Part shown: positions 1-9,562 of the stretch, one piece after another | Layout of the letters: every line of letters starts with the position of its first letter | Position numbering within the stretch: position 1 is the first letter of the stretch | IMG/VR virus record: IMGVR_UViG_3300042445_002545 | Source: an uncultured virus (IMG/VR IMGVR_UViG_3300042445_002545) | Lineage: Duplodnaviria > Heunggongvirae > Uroviricota > Caudoviricetes | DNA: 20,000 nt | Direction: 5' to 3' (one strand) | The notes under the pieces: model-generated | The model's database searches: none | Seen by the model: only the letters and a program-made list of their open reading frames with translations | What the model was told of the DNA's origin: nothing | Program-made: the position numbers and the translations under genes

Positions 1-22
1 ATTCTTTTTTAAATTTAAATTA

Positions 23-385
23 CTAATGAGTATTTGTTGAACGTACAATATTTTCATGTTCATCATCACCACCAAACCTTACTTCGATATAATCACAGTA
101 ATTATCTTGCTCTGAATCCAACCACTTACAGAATTGTTCTCTGGCTATATCACCATTTTTAGAAGTGTCCCAACCCTCTTTACTACCATCTGGTGCAATA
201 AAGAAAGAAGATTGTCCATTGGTTAAACCAGATATAATTTCACCAATTAATTTACTACCATGACGCTCAATAAGCTCACCGCTAAATTGCTCTTCAAATA
301 TTTCAATAGCTTTATTTCGTGCCTCTAGTACTTTATCTCCTTGCCACCCAGTAACTATAATCGCATTATGTTTAATATACCCCAT
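23..385 (-). CDS. Hypothetical protein (120 aa)
   Basis: ATG-started ORF directly downstream of a consensus promoter (403-434); no recognisable motif. Confidence 0.8.
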   Translation of the reverse strand: MGYIKHNAIIVTGWQGDKVLEARNKAIEIFEEQFSGELIERHGSKLIGEIISGLTNGQSSFFIAPDGSKEGWDTSKNGDIAREQFCKWLDSEQDNYCDYIEVRFGGDDEHENIVRSTNTH

Positions 386-402
386 TTTAATTTACTTTTT
401 TA

Positions 403-434
403 CAAATATACTAATAATTCTTTAATATACCAAA
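403..434 (-). promoter_or_regulatory. Bacteroidota sigmaA-type promoter (-33 TTTG, -7 TATATTTG, 20-nt spacer)
   Basis: Minus strand reads TTTG(434-431)-N20-TATATTTG(410-403), matching the TTTG/TAnnTTTG consensus. Confidence 0.8.
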
Positions 435-515
435 AATTTTGCAAATATAATATAAAAAAAATCAAAATAAATAGTATTTAGTATTATTAAAAAATATTTA
501 TAATAAAAGACTATT

Positions 516-776
516 ATGGTGTGGTATAAAAAAGTTAGTAACTGGATAACGGGGTTATTTAAAGATGAAAAGGGTAGTCCTTCATCAAAAAGATTTATTG
601 GTATTATATGTGGTTTATCTTTATGTGTTTCATTATTTATAAACCAATATACAGGTCATAAACCATCTGATGCCTTGGTTGATTCTGTTGCACTATTAGC
701 ATTTGGTTGTTTAGGTTTATCTTCAGTCGATAAAATATGGGCTAAAAGAGATGGTAAAGTAGAAGAAAATAATTAA
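516..776 (+). CDS. Small two-TM membrane protein, holin-like
   Basis: 86 aa with two hydrophobic segments (FIGIICGLSLCVSLFI; VALLAFGCLGLSSV), basic N-terminus and charged C-tail. Holin function is inferred. Confidence 0.6.
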   Translation: MVWYKKVSNWITGLFKDEKGSPSSKRFIGIICGLSLCVSLFINQYTGHKPSDALVDSVALLAFGCLGLSSVDKIWAKRDGKVEENN

Positions 777-1429
777 TTATTTTTTTCAGAAGCATATTTA
801 ACACCCATTATTGTCCCCACAATACTAAATGCGTTGGTTAATAATATACCAACGATATTACTCCATGTTGAGCCTACAATTGCTGTATCTCTATTTGTAA
901 GTAAAGAAATAATAAAGACACCTGTGGTTATAATACCTACGCTGATAATAATCCATAGTGCAACTTTAACAATTGACCCTATCAATTCAAATTGTGACTT
1001 CTTCTGTAATAATTCTAAATCATTTTCAACTGAAGCTCTAGCATTTTCAGCTTCACGTCTAGCTATTTCAGATTCTTCTCTGGCATTTTCAGCTTCTATT
1101 TTTAAATGTTCAGCTTCAAATCTAGCTGATTCAGCTTCATTTTTAGCACATTCATTTTCTTTTAAACTATGAATTAATTCTTCTTGTATTCGAATATTCT
1201 CTTCCTTCCAGGTAATTAATTCATTATTTTGTTTTTGAATTTGTTTTGTGATTTCCAACCTTTTTTTTCGGGTTGTCATATCTTTGTCAACACAACTTTT
1301 GATATATTTTTCAAATAGTTCATCACCATCAGTATCAATAACTTTAAGAATATTACCCTCAAGTGAAATCTTTTTAGTTTTATGTAACTGAATTAATAAA
1401 TCTTTAGTCTTGTTGTCAACTTTAATCAT
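773..1429 (-). CDS. Coiled-coil protein with two C-terminal TM helices
   Basis: Heptad repeats AESARFE/AEHLKIE/AENAREE/SEIARRE/AENARAS and two hydrophobic C-terminal helices; overlaps the receiver gene by 4 nt. Confidence 0.8.
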   Translation of the reverse strand: MIKVDNKTKDLLIQLHKTKKISLEGNILKVIDTDGDELFEKYIKSCVDKDMTTRKKRLEITKQIQKQNNELITWKEENIRIQEELIHSLKENECAKNEAESARFEAEHLKIEAENAREESEIARREAENARASVENDLELLQKKSQFELIGSIVKVALWIIISVGIITTGVFIISLLTNRDTAIVGSTWSNIVGILLTNAFSIVGTIMGVKYASEKNN

Positions 1430-1863
1430 TTATATACTTTAAATTTGTTCGTTCTATTCTTATAACCATCATAATCATTTCTAAATTCTTCCAATCTAGG
1501 TTCTATTTCATCAGATTTAATAATCCAGAATTGAGCACCAGCTTGTAACGCTTTTGATTGTTCTTCAGCTTCATCACTTGATGATATTATTCCTATTACA
1601 ACATGATTACCATATTCGAAGTTTATTTTTCTAACTAATTCAATACCATCAAATGATGAACCAATTATATTTAAATCTACAAATACGCATTCTGGTTTGT
1701 CATGGATATTATTAGTGTCAAACCATTCTTTAAATAGCTTTTCAGCTTCATCTGCACTAGTCAGACTTTCTAATGATAATGTGATATCTAATAAGCTGCA
1801 AGCATCTTCAAATACTAAATGGAATAAATCTTCATCGTCCACTAATAAAATTGAGTTAATCAT
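1426..1863 (-). CDS. Single-domain response regulator receiver (CheY-like)
   Basis: ILLVDDE acidic pocket, VFVDLN phosphoacceptor Asp, DGIEL, ISSS, AGAQFWIIK; no output domain. Confidence 0.92.
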   Translation of the reverse strand: MINSILLVDDEDLFHLVFEDACSLLDITLSLESLTSADEAEKLFKEWFDTNNIHDKPECVFVDLNIIGSSFDGIELVRKINFEYGNHVVIGIISSSDEAEEQSKALQAGAQFWIIKSDEIEPRLEEFRNDYDGYKNRTNKFKVYK

Positions 1864-1874
1864 AATTGTTTTTT

Positions 1875-3302
1875 TTATTTAATTTTTATTTTTGTCCCTT
1901 GTGACATTTTTTCTACTGTTATACTAAACCCATGTTCTTTAAGAATTGCTTTACAGATGTTTAAACCTAAACCTGTACCAGTTTCTTTTTGACCTTCTTT
2001 TCTTACATACGGTTTTGATAACTCATCAAATTCCTTTTGTGTAATACCTCTACCATTGTCCTCAACACAAATATAACCATCTTCTAAGTATATTTTAATA
2101 AATCTACTCGGACTGTCATTATATTTTAAACCATTTCTTATTAGGTTATCTATTGCTGTACAAAATAATGCTTCATTAACTTCAATTGTGGGTAAATTAT
2201 TATCCAGTAAAACTTGTGATTTATATGCTGTTGCTGATAAGTAATCTTGGAGGATGTCTTTGATATTGTATTCACCCTTATTTAAGGTTGAGTCTTTTTT
2301 AACTAGGTTTGTGAATTCATATACACCTTTATAAACTTTTTGTGTATGCTTTAGTCCCTCTTTAATCATTTTAAGTGGTGCCTCAATTTTAAGGTTATTA
2401 ATATCTTCTTGTGTTAATCTCCTTTCTAATGAAGAAAGACCTCTGGGCATATAAGTATTAATACCAGAATGCATATCATGTCTTAAAATTTTAGCAGCAT
2501 GTTCTAGATATGTGTTTTTCTTTTCAATTTCTTCAGATTGTAAAATTTTATCTGTAACATCAATGGCAATTTTCATAATTTTAACCACCTTTCCATTATC
2601 ATCTAGAATTGGGTTATATGTTGCTTGTAGCCAAATTATTTCACCACCATGTTTAATTCTAGAAAATCTAGATGATATAAATTCACCTCTACTAAGTTTA
2701 ACCCAAAATTCTTTATAATCCTCACTTTTTGAATACTCACTATCAACAAATATACTATGGTGTTTACCGATTAATTCTTCTTGAGAATAACCCATGATAT
2801 GACAAAAATTATCATTAGCTAATATTATATTACCAAATAAATCAAATTCAATAACCGCATTTGATTGGTTAATAGCATTAATTATATTTTTAATCTCTAA
2901 TTCATTTTTTTTAACTAATGTAACATCATGCCTAATTGAAATAAAACCCATTAATTTGCCATTAATATCAAATTCAGCTTTTATATAGGTATCAACATAG
3001 TAAAAATCACCGTTTTTAGTTTTATTTGTAACAACTGAGTTCCAGATACCCTTGTCAACTATAACAGTCTTATACATGTTTGACCAAAAATTTTTATTAT
3101 GAATCCCAGAATTAACGATATTATGGTTTTTACCCACAACTTCTTCTAATGACCACCCAGAAACTTCTTCGAATTTTTTATTAACATATGTGATGTTACC
3201 TTTAGCATCTGCTTTAGAAATTAAAACTGAACTATCAACAAATTGACTAAAGTCATATAATTCTTTATTTAAGTCATTAATTTTATCTAAAGGGTCTTGC
3301 AT
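1875..3302 (-). CDS. Cytoplasmic PAS-PAS sensor histidine kinase
   Basis: Two PAS/PAC domains (YVNKKFEEVSGWSLEEVVGKNH; ANDNFCHIMGYSQEELIGKHH), H-box LRHDM, N-box NLIRNGLKY, G1 VEDNGRGI, G2 GTGLGL; no TM segment. Confidence 0.93.
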   Translation of the reverse strand: MQDPLDKINDLNKELYDFSQFVDSSVLISKADAKGNITYVNKKFEEVSGWSLEEVVGKNHNIVNSGIHNKNFWSNMYKTVIVDKGIWNSVVTNKTKNGDFYYVDTYIKAEFDINGKLMGFISIRHDVTLVKKNELEIKNIINAINQSNAVIEFDLFGNIILANDNFCHIMGYSQEELIGKHHSIFVDSEYSKSEDYKEFWVKLSRGEFISSRFSRIKHGGEIIWLQATYNPILDDNGKVVKIMKIAIDVTDKILQSEEIEKKNTYLEHAAKILRHDMHSGINTYMPRGLSSLERRLTQEDINNLKIEAPLKMIKEGLKHTQKVYKGVYEFTNLVKKDSTLNKGEYNIKDILQDYLSATAYKSQVLLDNNLPTIEVNEALFCTAIDNLIRNGLKYNDSPSRFIKIYLEDGYICVEDNGRGITQKEFDELSKPYVRKEGQKETGTGLGLNICKAILKEHGFSITVEKMSQGTKIKIK

Positions 3303-3334
3303 TTAAAAAATGTGTTTAAAACTTATTTATAACA

Positions 3335-3376
3335 AAAAATGCGGACATCTATGTTTAATTATAAATAGTCCGCATT
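3335..3376 (-). terminator. Probable intrinsic terminator with a large AT-rich loop
   Basis: 9-bp inverted repeat AATGCGGAC(3338-3346)/GTCCGCATT(3368-3376) followed by a T-run on the minus strand. Confidence 0.5.
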
Positions 3377-3403
3377 AATTCAAATGTTAATAAATTTTAA
3401 TAT

Positions 3404-3994
3404 TTATTTTATAAATCCATCTTTATATAAAGTATGTAAATAAATTGAGTGCTCTACGCACATTTCTTTAGCTTTCATAACGCCAATTTCAAAATCGTCT
3501 GTTGTATAATCAACAGCTCTACCAATCGACATGTGTAATCCAAAATAAGGTTTACCTAACCCCAATTCTGAACGTATCATTTGTAATTCTTCTCTATCCT
3601 CATGTGGAATATTAAACCACCAGTGATAATCACTATTTGGTTCAGAAGAATCAGTTTTTGGTGATAGGTCTATTATAACCTCAATTTTTTTACCATTCCA
3701 TTTAGTTTTTATTTCTTCCCATTTACCATTCATATCTGAAGCTCTATCATTTATGAATGTTATATGAGCACCTCTTAATGGTTTATGCAACTTTAAATTA
3801 TATCGCTTCTTAAGAAACCACATATAGTATTCGCAAACATCACCAGGTATAACAACCATAGCTACTTTCTTCCAAGAAGATTGTTTGCTGTGTTTTAAAG
3901 TCTTATCTTCTGGGTCAAAAACTATTTTACCAGTTAACTTAACAGTATTAGTTTGCCAATTTGAATTTTGGTAAGAATTCTCTAAGGAATGCAT
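3404..3994 (-). CDS. 2H phosphoesterase family protein (start uncertain: 3994 or 4030)
   Basis: Two Hx[T/S] motifs, GAHITFI and GLHMSIG, about 80 aa apart. Either start overlaps the upstream gene. Confidence 0.7.
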   Translation of the reverse strand: MHSLENSYQNSNWQTNTVKLTGKIVFDPEDKTLKHSKQSSWKKVAMVVIPGDVCEYYMWFLKKRYNLKLHKPLRGAHITFINDRASDMNGKWEEIKTKWNGKKIEVIIDLSPKTDSSEPNSDYHWWFNIPHEDREELQMIRSELGLGKPYFGLHMSIGRAVDYTTDDFEIGVMKAKEMCVEHSIYLHTLYKDGFIK

Positions 3995-4724
3995 TTTTTG
4001 GTCCACCGATTTTTTCAACCCATTTTTCATAATTAATTGCGTTTCTTTTTTCTAATTCTTCTATTTTTTTATCACTAGGTCTTGTTCTAGAATATGGTAG
4101 CACTTCTTTCTCAAAGTTTGGATAAGTTTCTTTATTAAACACTCTCTCATCAACCAAGAACACAACAGCTGTTAATGTGTCATTTAAATCTGGTTCATAA
4201 AATTCTGAAAATAACACACCGTTCTCATATAACGTATCTCTACTTTTTTGTAAGGAACCATACCATCTATCATCCTTTGAATTATTCGTTGTTCCACCAT
4301 TTAATATAATAAATGTCTTATCTTGTTTTCTCCATTTATTAAACCCAATCTGATTTGATTTTAACAATGCTTCACCAAAGTTAATACTACGACAAATATG
4401 ATTACCATCAAACATCAAATTATTATATTCTTGAACAGCATGTCCATATTGAATCGCTGATTGTATAGAACTAATATTATATGGTACTAAACCATACATT
4501 CTATATTCCAAATACGATTCACCTTTTCTAGGTTGTGAATTTGGTTTTACAGTGCATGATGTAATCATTTGTAAAAACTCAACCCTACCAACAAAATACA
4601 TTTCAAAAAAATGTCTTTCTTTTGACCCATAGAATTCTTCTGGCCACTCATTTAAATCAAGTGGTCTTATGTTATATTCAACACACCATTCATATGGTGT
4701 TTTAGTTTCTTCTACGTTTTTCAT
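3948..4724 (-). CDS. Protein with a C-terminal peptidyl-tRNA hydrolase II (Pth2)-like domain
   Basis: MYGLVPYNISSIQSAIQYGHA...KTFIILNGG...FYEPDLNDTLTAV resembles the QxxHA / FxEPD..TAV pattern of phage Pth2-like proteins. Confidence 0.65.
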   Translation of the reverse strand: MKNVEETKTPYEWCVEYNIRPLDLNEWPEEFYGSKERHFFEMYFVGRVEFLQMITSCTVKPNSQPRKGESYLEYRMYGLVPYNISSIQSAIQYGHAVQEYNNLMFDGNHICRSINFGEALLKSNQIGFNKWRKQDKTFIILNGGTTNNSKDDRWYGSLQKSRDTLYENGVLFSEFYEPDLNDTLTAVVFLVDERVFNKETYPNFEKEVLPYSRTRPSDKKIEELEKRNAINYEKWVEKIGGPKNAFLREFLPKFKLAN

Positions 4725-4869
4725 ATAAAATTTTAATTATCAAAGCCAACCCAATTGTTGCCAATATTATAAATAAATAATAAAGTAATTTAAGTGTTAT
4801 AACCACACATATAAAACTTAAAATTATTAGTAATCCCCAGTAAAACCCTTTTTTTAATCTATCAAACAT
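4702..4869 (-). CDS. Small membrane protein (55 aa), absent from the ORF track
   Basis: Hand translation MFDRLKKGFYWGLLIILSFICVVITLKLLYYLFIILATIGLALIIKILYEKRRRN; fills the gap between neighbours; long hydrophobic core with basic ends. Confidence 0.7.
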   Translation of the reverse strand: MFDRLKKGFYWGLLIILSFICVVITLKLLYYLFIILATIGLALIIKILYEKRRRN

Positions 4870-4875
4870 ACTTTT

Positions 4876-5274
4876 TTATTTTCTTCCAAAATCAGCTGGA
4901 ATTTCACCCCATTCTTTAGTCAACCATTTATTAATTTTAATATCTTTGGTCTTTAAAAATTTACAAGCTTTATCCATCCTCCCAATTATATCACCAGCAG
5001 CTGATGATTTGTGTTTTTTATCCCTAACCCAAGCAATGGCAGTTACACTGTCTGACCAAATGTTTGGTTCAATCCCCTTTTTATCACAATAATGAATTGC
5101 ATGACATATTGCTAAAAATTCAGCAACATTGTTGGTTCCAGGTCCCAAATGTTCTTCAAATATGATTTGACCCGTTTCCAAGTCAACACCACGATAAAAA
5201 CATGGACCTGGATTACCTACAGTACCACCGTCAACACATATACCACTTGTTGGTTTAGAATTGTCTTGTGTCAT
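4876..5274 (-). CDS. rnhA: Ribonuclease HI (catalytic domain only)
   Basis: ICVDGG..GNPG, TNNVAEFLAI, WSDSVTAIAWV, KWLTKEWGEIPADFGRK give the D-E-D-D catalytic set of the Bacillus halodurans/Bacteroides-type RNase H. Confidence 0.92.
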   Translation of the reverse strand: MTQDNSKPTSGICVDGGTVGNPGPCFYRGVDLETGQIIFEEHLGPGTNNVAEFLAICHAIHYCDKKGIEPNIWSDSVTAIAWVRDKKHKSSAAGDIIGRMDKACKFLKTKDIKINKWLTKEWGEIPADFGRK

Positions 5275-5479
5275 CTACAAATAAATTAGGGTTAGCTTCA
5301 ATCCAATCTATAATTGGTTTTTGAAACATCGCTCGAAAACCATGCATGTATAATACATCAGCAACAATGTGGAATTCTTCACCCATTGTGAATGTTAGTG
5401 GTTGTGGAACACCATTAAGTGTTACTTCCATAGCTTTCTTTAATCTGAAAACTTTATTCGAATATTTTACTCTGCTCAT
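5255..5479 (-). CDS. Hypothetical protein (74 aa)
   Basis: Overlaps both neighbours in operon fashion. Confidence 0.7.
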   Translation of the reverse strand: MSRVKYSNKVFRLKKAMEVTLNGVPQPLTFTMGEEFHIVADVLYMHGFRAMFQKPIIDWIEANPNLFVDDTRQF

Positions 5480-6534
5480 AATCCTACTAATTCATTTAAT
5501 TTTATTAAAAACATTTCTCTCGTTTTAGTTGAAATGTATTTATTTATTTCTTTGGGTTCAAGATTATTCTCAATCATGGTATCCATTTCTTCTTTGATAA
5601 CATCATTTACAACCCATCTAATTACGTCACCCATTTTCTTAACATCTAATGGTTCTTCATTAGGGAATACGTTTTCGATTGCTTGGTTAACACGACTTTC
5701 GGTAACCGAATATTCTACAAACTCTTTAATTGAGTTTAATTTTTCAACATCAACAGTTGCTAAGGTTTTAACTTTAGAGGAGCTATGTAATTCACCCTTC
5801 ACCTTGAACCTATGTACAACATTTTGAAATTCACAAGACCAAACGATACCTTCACCAATCCCTGAGAAGCCAAATGCTTTCGCTACAGGACATTCTTCCT
5901 CAACTGCAATAGTCAACTCGGATAATTGATTTTGAATCAACTGAGGCATGTTAAAATCGATATCAATTGAATACGTTTCATAATCATCGATATTGTAAAT
6001 TTTAACCTCTGGTGCTCTCAAGTATGTTGAATCAACCCAATAAGCTGGATTAGCTTTTAATTCTTCTTCAGTTTCAGTATGTGGTGTAATTTTAACACCA
6101 AATATGAAGAATGATTTAGGTAAGTTGGAAATACCAACACCTTTTTGAATATTACCACCAGCCCATTCACCATAAATACTAATAGTATTATTGTTTCTAT
6201 TAATATTTTCTTTTTCAGCAACATGTAACATTAAACCATAAAAAATATCCTTATTTGATTCCACAAAGAATGCAAATCCAGCGTTATCTTTTTCTGGTGT
6301 GATGATATTCTCACGAGATTGTGCCCACAAATCATCTTGACTATTATAAGAAACACCAGCATTAGTACCATGTAATTTTATAGTACCTTTAAAGGTTAAT
6401 ACTGGTTTAGGTAAATTTGGGTCATAAATCGCCTCACCATTTTCATCTAAACCAACAAAATTGTATCGTCTATTAACATTAGAAACAACAGTTCTAAATT
6501 GTTCAATAGACGGAAATTTAATCATTTTTTTCAT
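5476..6534 (-). CDS. RNA ligase, Rnl2-like
   Basis: Nucleotidyltransferase motifs I KLHGTN, III YGEWAG, IIIa FFIFGV, IV GEGIVW, V FKVK, plus helical C-terminal domain. Confidence 0.85.
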   Translation of the reverse strand: MKKMIKFPSIEQFRTVVSNVNRRYNFVGLDENGEAIYDPNLPKPVLTFKGTIKLHGTNAGVSYNSQDDLWAQSRENIITPEKDNAGFAFFVESNKDIFYGLMLHVAEKENINRNNNTISIYGEWAGGNIQKGVGISNLPKSFFIFGVKITPHTETEEELKANPAYWVDSTYLRAPEVKIYNIDDYETYSIDIDFNMPQLIQNQLSELTIAVEEECPVAKAFGFSGIGEGIVWSCEFQNVVHRFKVKGELHSSSKVKTLATVDVEKLNSIKEFVEYSVTESRVNQAIENVFPNEEPLDVKKMGDVIRWVVNDVIKEEMDTMIENNLEPKEINKYISTKTREMFLIKLNELVGL

Positions 6535-6544
6535 ATTTTTAAAA

Positions 6545-7933
6545 TTAATTTAAACCTTTTGCCATATTTTCAATTGCCATTATTGATTCCAAAGAATCGC
6601 ACGTATCTTTATCGTCACGTAGTTGTTTGAACACTGGGTGTAGCAACGCATAGTTACCATTTGAGTCATGTGATAATCCAGAACATTTAACTTCAATAAT
6701 TGTCCCCATCAAAGATTCTTGGTTTTCTGTGATATGTTGCATCAAGCTCTCATTCATACCAGTTGGTCTCGTAAATAATTTACCATCAGCTGATTCAGCA
6801 TTTACAGATGAGATTACATGCTCATTTTTACCTGTTCCATAGTTAAAACCAACAATACGTAAATCAACATCCATTTCCAACTTCATTTTTATTTGCCAAT
6901 TTGGTTTACCATCTTTCCATGTACCCTTTATATCTTTAAGAATAGTACCCTCTTGACCAGTAGCTAGTATATCTTGGAAATGTGACATAGCTTCATCATA
7001 TGTGTAAACCATAACCGCATCAACTATTGAAACCATAGATAACCCTTTAGTGTTAATTAAAATGCCAGCTTTATTAGCTCGGTTCAAATAAGGTACATCT
7101 GATTTTTTATCGAAATATTCATCAACAGTAATTGTATCCCAAATAGTGTATCTAATCGAGTTCAAAGCTGTTTCAAAGTTACCATGTTTTTCCTCAAAAG
7201 CTGCTAATTTTTTACCATTTTCGACTTCTGTTCTAGAATCTCTCTTACCACAAATATCAATAAGTGATGCAATGATACCATTAGATTCATAACGAGATAC
7301 ATTATCTATAGTTAACTCACCATTAAATACACAATCATCCAAAGATGATAATTCATCGATAAATTTAGCTCCAGTAACAATTGTTGGTTCGCCTTGACGA
7401 CTTTCTAATTCAACTTCACCACCACGAATGATTGCATTACAATAACGACCATCCATTTTAATTTGTGACACACCAACACCACCATTTTCGAATATTTTAC
7501 GAGCTTTCTTTTCATCAAAAGATACTGCACCCATATAAGGTGTATCTTCAATAAGTCCCTTGATTACTTTATTCATGTTTGAAGTACCCATACCGATTTT
7601 ACAATCTTTCTCAATAATTCGTTCGATGATATAAGCATTGTCAGAATCCACACTAGCCAACAAATCACGCAAGAAGTTAAGTGCATCACCACCAGTTACA
7701 TGTCTATCAATTATGTGTTGTAACTCACTAACTGCAAAATCTAATGAATTATTTTGGTTAGCATTCCTAGTATATGTTGGGAGTTGTTTAATATAAAACT
7801 TAATTCGTTTTGAATTAGCCAAATATAATACACGTTTCAATAATTCGTTGTCAGCGTATTTTCCTAAAATAACCATCTTTTGGTTAGTGCTACTCTCAGC
7901 AGCGATTTCATCAAAAATTTGTTTAATATTCAT
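6545..7933 (-). CDS. ATP-dependent DNA ligase
   Basis: QIKMDGRY, SRQG, FNGEL, IWD, EGTILK, IKMK and OB-fold ending LLHPVFKQLRDDK. Confidence 0.93.
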   Translation of the reverse strand: MNIKQIFDEIAAESSTNQKMVILGKYADNELLKRVLYLANSKRIKFYIKQLPTYTRNANQNNSLDFAVSELQHIIDRHVTGGDALNFLRDLLASVDSDNAYIIERIIEKDCKIGMGTSNMNKVIKGLIEDTPYMGAVSFDEKKARKIFENGGVGVSQIKMDGRYCNAIIRGGEVELESRQGEPTIVTGAKFIDELSSLDDCVFNGELTIDNVSRYESNGIIASLIDICGKRDSRTEVENGKKLAAFEEKHGNFETALNSIRYTIWDTITVDEYFDKKSDVPYLNRANKAGILINTKGLSMVSIVDAVMVYTYDEAMSHFQDILATGQEGTILKDIKGTWKDGKPNWQIKMKLEMDVDLRIVGFNYGTGKNEHVISSVNAESADGKLFTRPTGMNESLMQHITENQESLMGTIIEVKCSGLSHDSNGNYALLHPVFKQLRDDKDTCDSLESIMAIENMAKGLN

Positions 7934-7936
7934 AGC

Positions 7937-8173
7937 TTATTTTTTTACTGGTGGGTGATACATTTCTCTCATTTTTCTAATTATGAGAATGACATAAGCA
8001 TCATGTTCAGGTGAATTAATAGATGAATATAATGATTCTTTAATTTGAGTCCAATTATCATCATCCTCGTCTATAATTTCCATTTTAGCCTTTTCTTCAG
8101 CAGCTTTTCTAATTGCTTCAGTACCTTCTCTCATAGCAGCTTCAGCTCTTTCATTTTTCCAATCTTCACTCAT
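7937..8173 (-). CDS. Hypothetical protein (78 aa)
   Basis: Tightly packed, co-oriented ORF. Confidence 0.7.
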   Translation of the reverse strand: MSEDWKNERAEAAMREGTEAIRKAAEEKAKMEIIDEDDDNWTQIKESLYSSINSPEHDAYVILIIRKMREMYHPPVKK

Positions 8174-8175
8174 AA

Positions 8176-8685
8176 TTATACAGTTTCTAATTTATTAATA
8201 CCTAATAAAGTATCTAAGTGCTCCCACATTCTTTTACCATCAGACGGTGTATTCAAATATAGGGCACCTTTGAATTCTTGGTATTCTTTTGCATACATAT
8301 CAATCTTACCACCATGTTCAATGTTGGCAATTCTATCAGCCAATTTAAGAATAATTGCATCAGGGTTAGCAGATGTTTTAGGCAATGTTTTAACTTTTTT
8401 CTCTTTTCTAGTTCTACCTTGCTCATCAGTTACATCATAAACCATCTCAGCAACCTCAATACCAAAATGCTTTTTGATATCGTTGTATGATATACCATCA
8501 TCCTCTATGCTATCATGCAAATAGCCAGCAACAATATACTTTCCAGAGAAGCCAAATCTTTTTAAGACATCAACAACATCATCTAAGTGTTTTTCATAAG
8601 GAAAAATTTCATCATATGATTGATTAGAGTGTGCTTTAACCCCAACCATTCTAGCTTCTTTGTAAGTTTTTTCTGTATAGTTCAT
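8176..8685 (-). CDS. HD-domain small alarmone hydrolase (RelA/SpoT hydrolase, Mesh1-like)
   Basis: AHSNQ..PYEKH..V, AGYLHDSIED, VTD, LKLADRIAN motifs; no synthetase domain. Confidence 0.88.
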   Translation of the reverse strand: MNYTEKTYKEARMVGVKAHSNQSYDEIFPYEKHLDDVVDVLKRFGFSGKYIVAGYLHDSIEDDGISYNDIKKHFGIEVAEMVYDVTDEQGRTRKEKKVKTLPKTSANPDAIILKLADRIANIEHGGKIDMYAKEYQEFKGALYLNTPSDGKRMWEHLDTLLGINKLETV

Positions 8686-8687
8686 AT

Positions 8688-9122
8688 TTAATAATTTGTT
8701 TGCATTTTATGAATAATTAATTCACCTTCTTTATCATTTCTAACATCTAATTTTAGATAAGGTCTGTCAAATTGTAAATCATGGTCATATTCGTCAATAA
8801 CATTTGTATAAAAATCATCGTGACCCATAAGTATTGGTCTACGTCTTCCTTTACCTAAAACACCTTTTTTAGTTAGAAATAAGTTTTCTTCAATAAGTGT
8901 TGATAATCTATCTTCTAGATTAAGTATATCATTAGCAAATCTTGTCCTTAGATTTGTGAATTCTTCTTCGGTTGGTGCTGCTTCATGTAGTTCTCCCTTT
9001 CCACCACTTGTTCTATGGTTATCCACATAATTTTCTCTATTATATGGAATGTTATTAACTTCATTCACTAAAGCCTCTAAATCATATCTTACTGTTATCC
9101 CTAATACATTAATTGTTTTCAT
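8688..9122 (-). CDS. Hypothetical protein (144 aa; start revised to ATG 9122)
   Basis: The track's 9155 start lies inside the promoter at 9127-9158. Confidence 0.75.
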   Translation of the reverse strand: MKTINVLGITVRYDLEALVNEVNNIPYNRENYVDNHRTSGGKGELHEAAPTEEEFTNLRTRFANDILNLEDRLSTLIEENLFLTKKGVLGKGRRRPILMGHDDFYTNVIDEYDHDLQFDRPYLKLDVRNDKEGELIIHKMQTNY

Positions 9123-9126
9123 ATTA

Positions 9127-9158
9127 CAAATATACGAATAATATTTCAATTTCACAAA
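9127..9158 (-). promoter_or_regulatory. Bacteroidota sigmaA-type promoter
   Basis: TTTG(9158-9155)-N20-TATATTTG(9134-9127); heads the long minus-strand repair gene run. Confidence 0.82.
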
Positions 9159-9223
9159 TAAAATAATAAAATATTTTATTTTTTATTAAACCAAAAGATA
9201 TTTATTAATAAATCTATCAAAAC

Positions 9224-9544
9224 GTGAAAGTAAAATATATAATTAACAATTCTGATGAAGTATTAATTGGTCAAACAATAAACGGAAGTTTATCTATTAC
9301 AAATAACGTAACTGGTAAAACTGTTTATTCAGAATACTTTATTGGTGATGGTTCTCAATTGGGTGGGGTAGTTGGTTTAACTTATACTGAAATGGGTTTT
9401 ACCATAACATCACCAGCACCATCAACTATAAATCAAAATGTAGTTTTACCTTATAATTCAACAGTAACATACCCAACACCATTAACTATTGGTAGTGGTT
9501 TTAGTGTAGTGGTTTCAAGTGGAACTACTTTAACAATAATTTAA
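9224..9544 (+). CDS. Hypothetical beta-rich, probably structural protein (106 aa)
   Basis: GTG start, T/S/G/V/I-rich composition, directly upstream of the fibre-like gene. Confidence 0.7.
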   Translation: MKVKYIINNSDEVLIGQTINGSLSITNNVTGKTVYSEYFIGDGSQLGGVVGLTYTEMGFTITSPAPSTINQNVVLPYNSTVTYPTPLTIGSGFSVVVSSGTTLTII

Positions 9545-9562
9545 AATTTAAAATTAAAAAAA

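Noticed and set aside
442..466. Second sigmaA promoter upstream of ORF 23-385
   Set aside because: TATATTTG is present but the nearest TTTG is 13 nt away rather than about 20.
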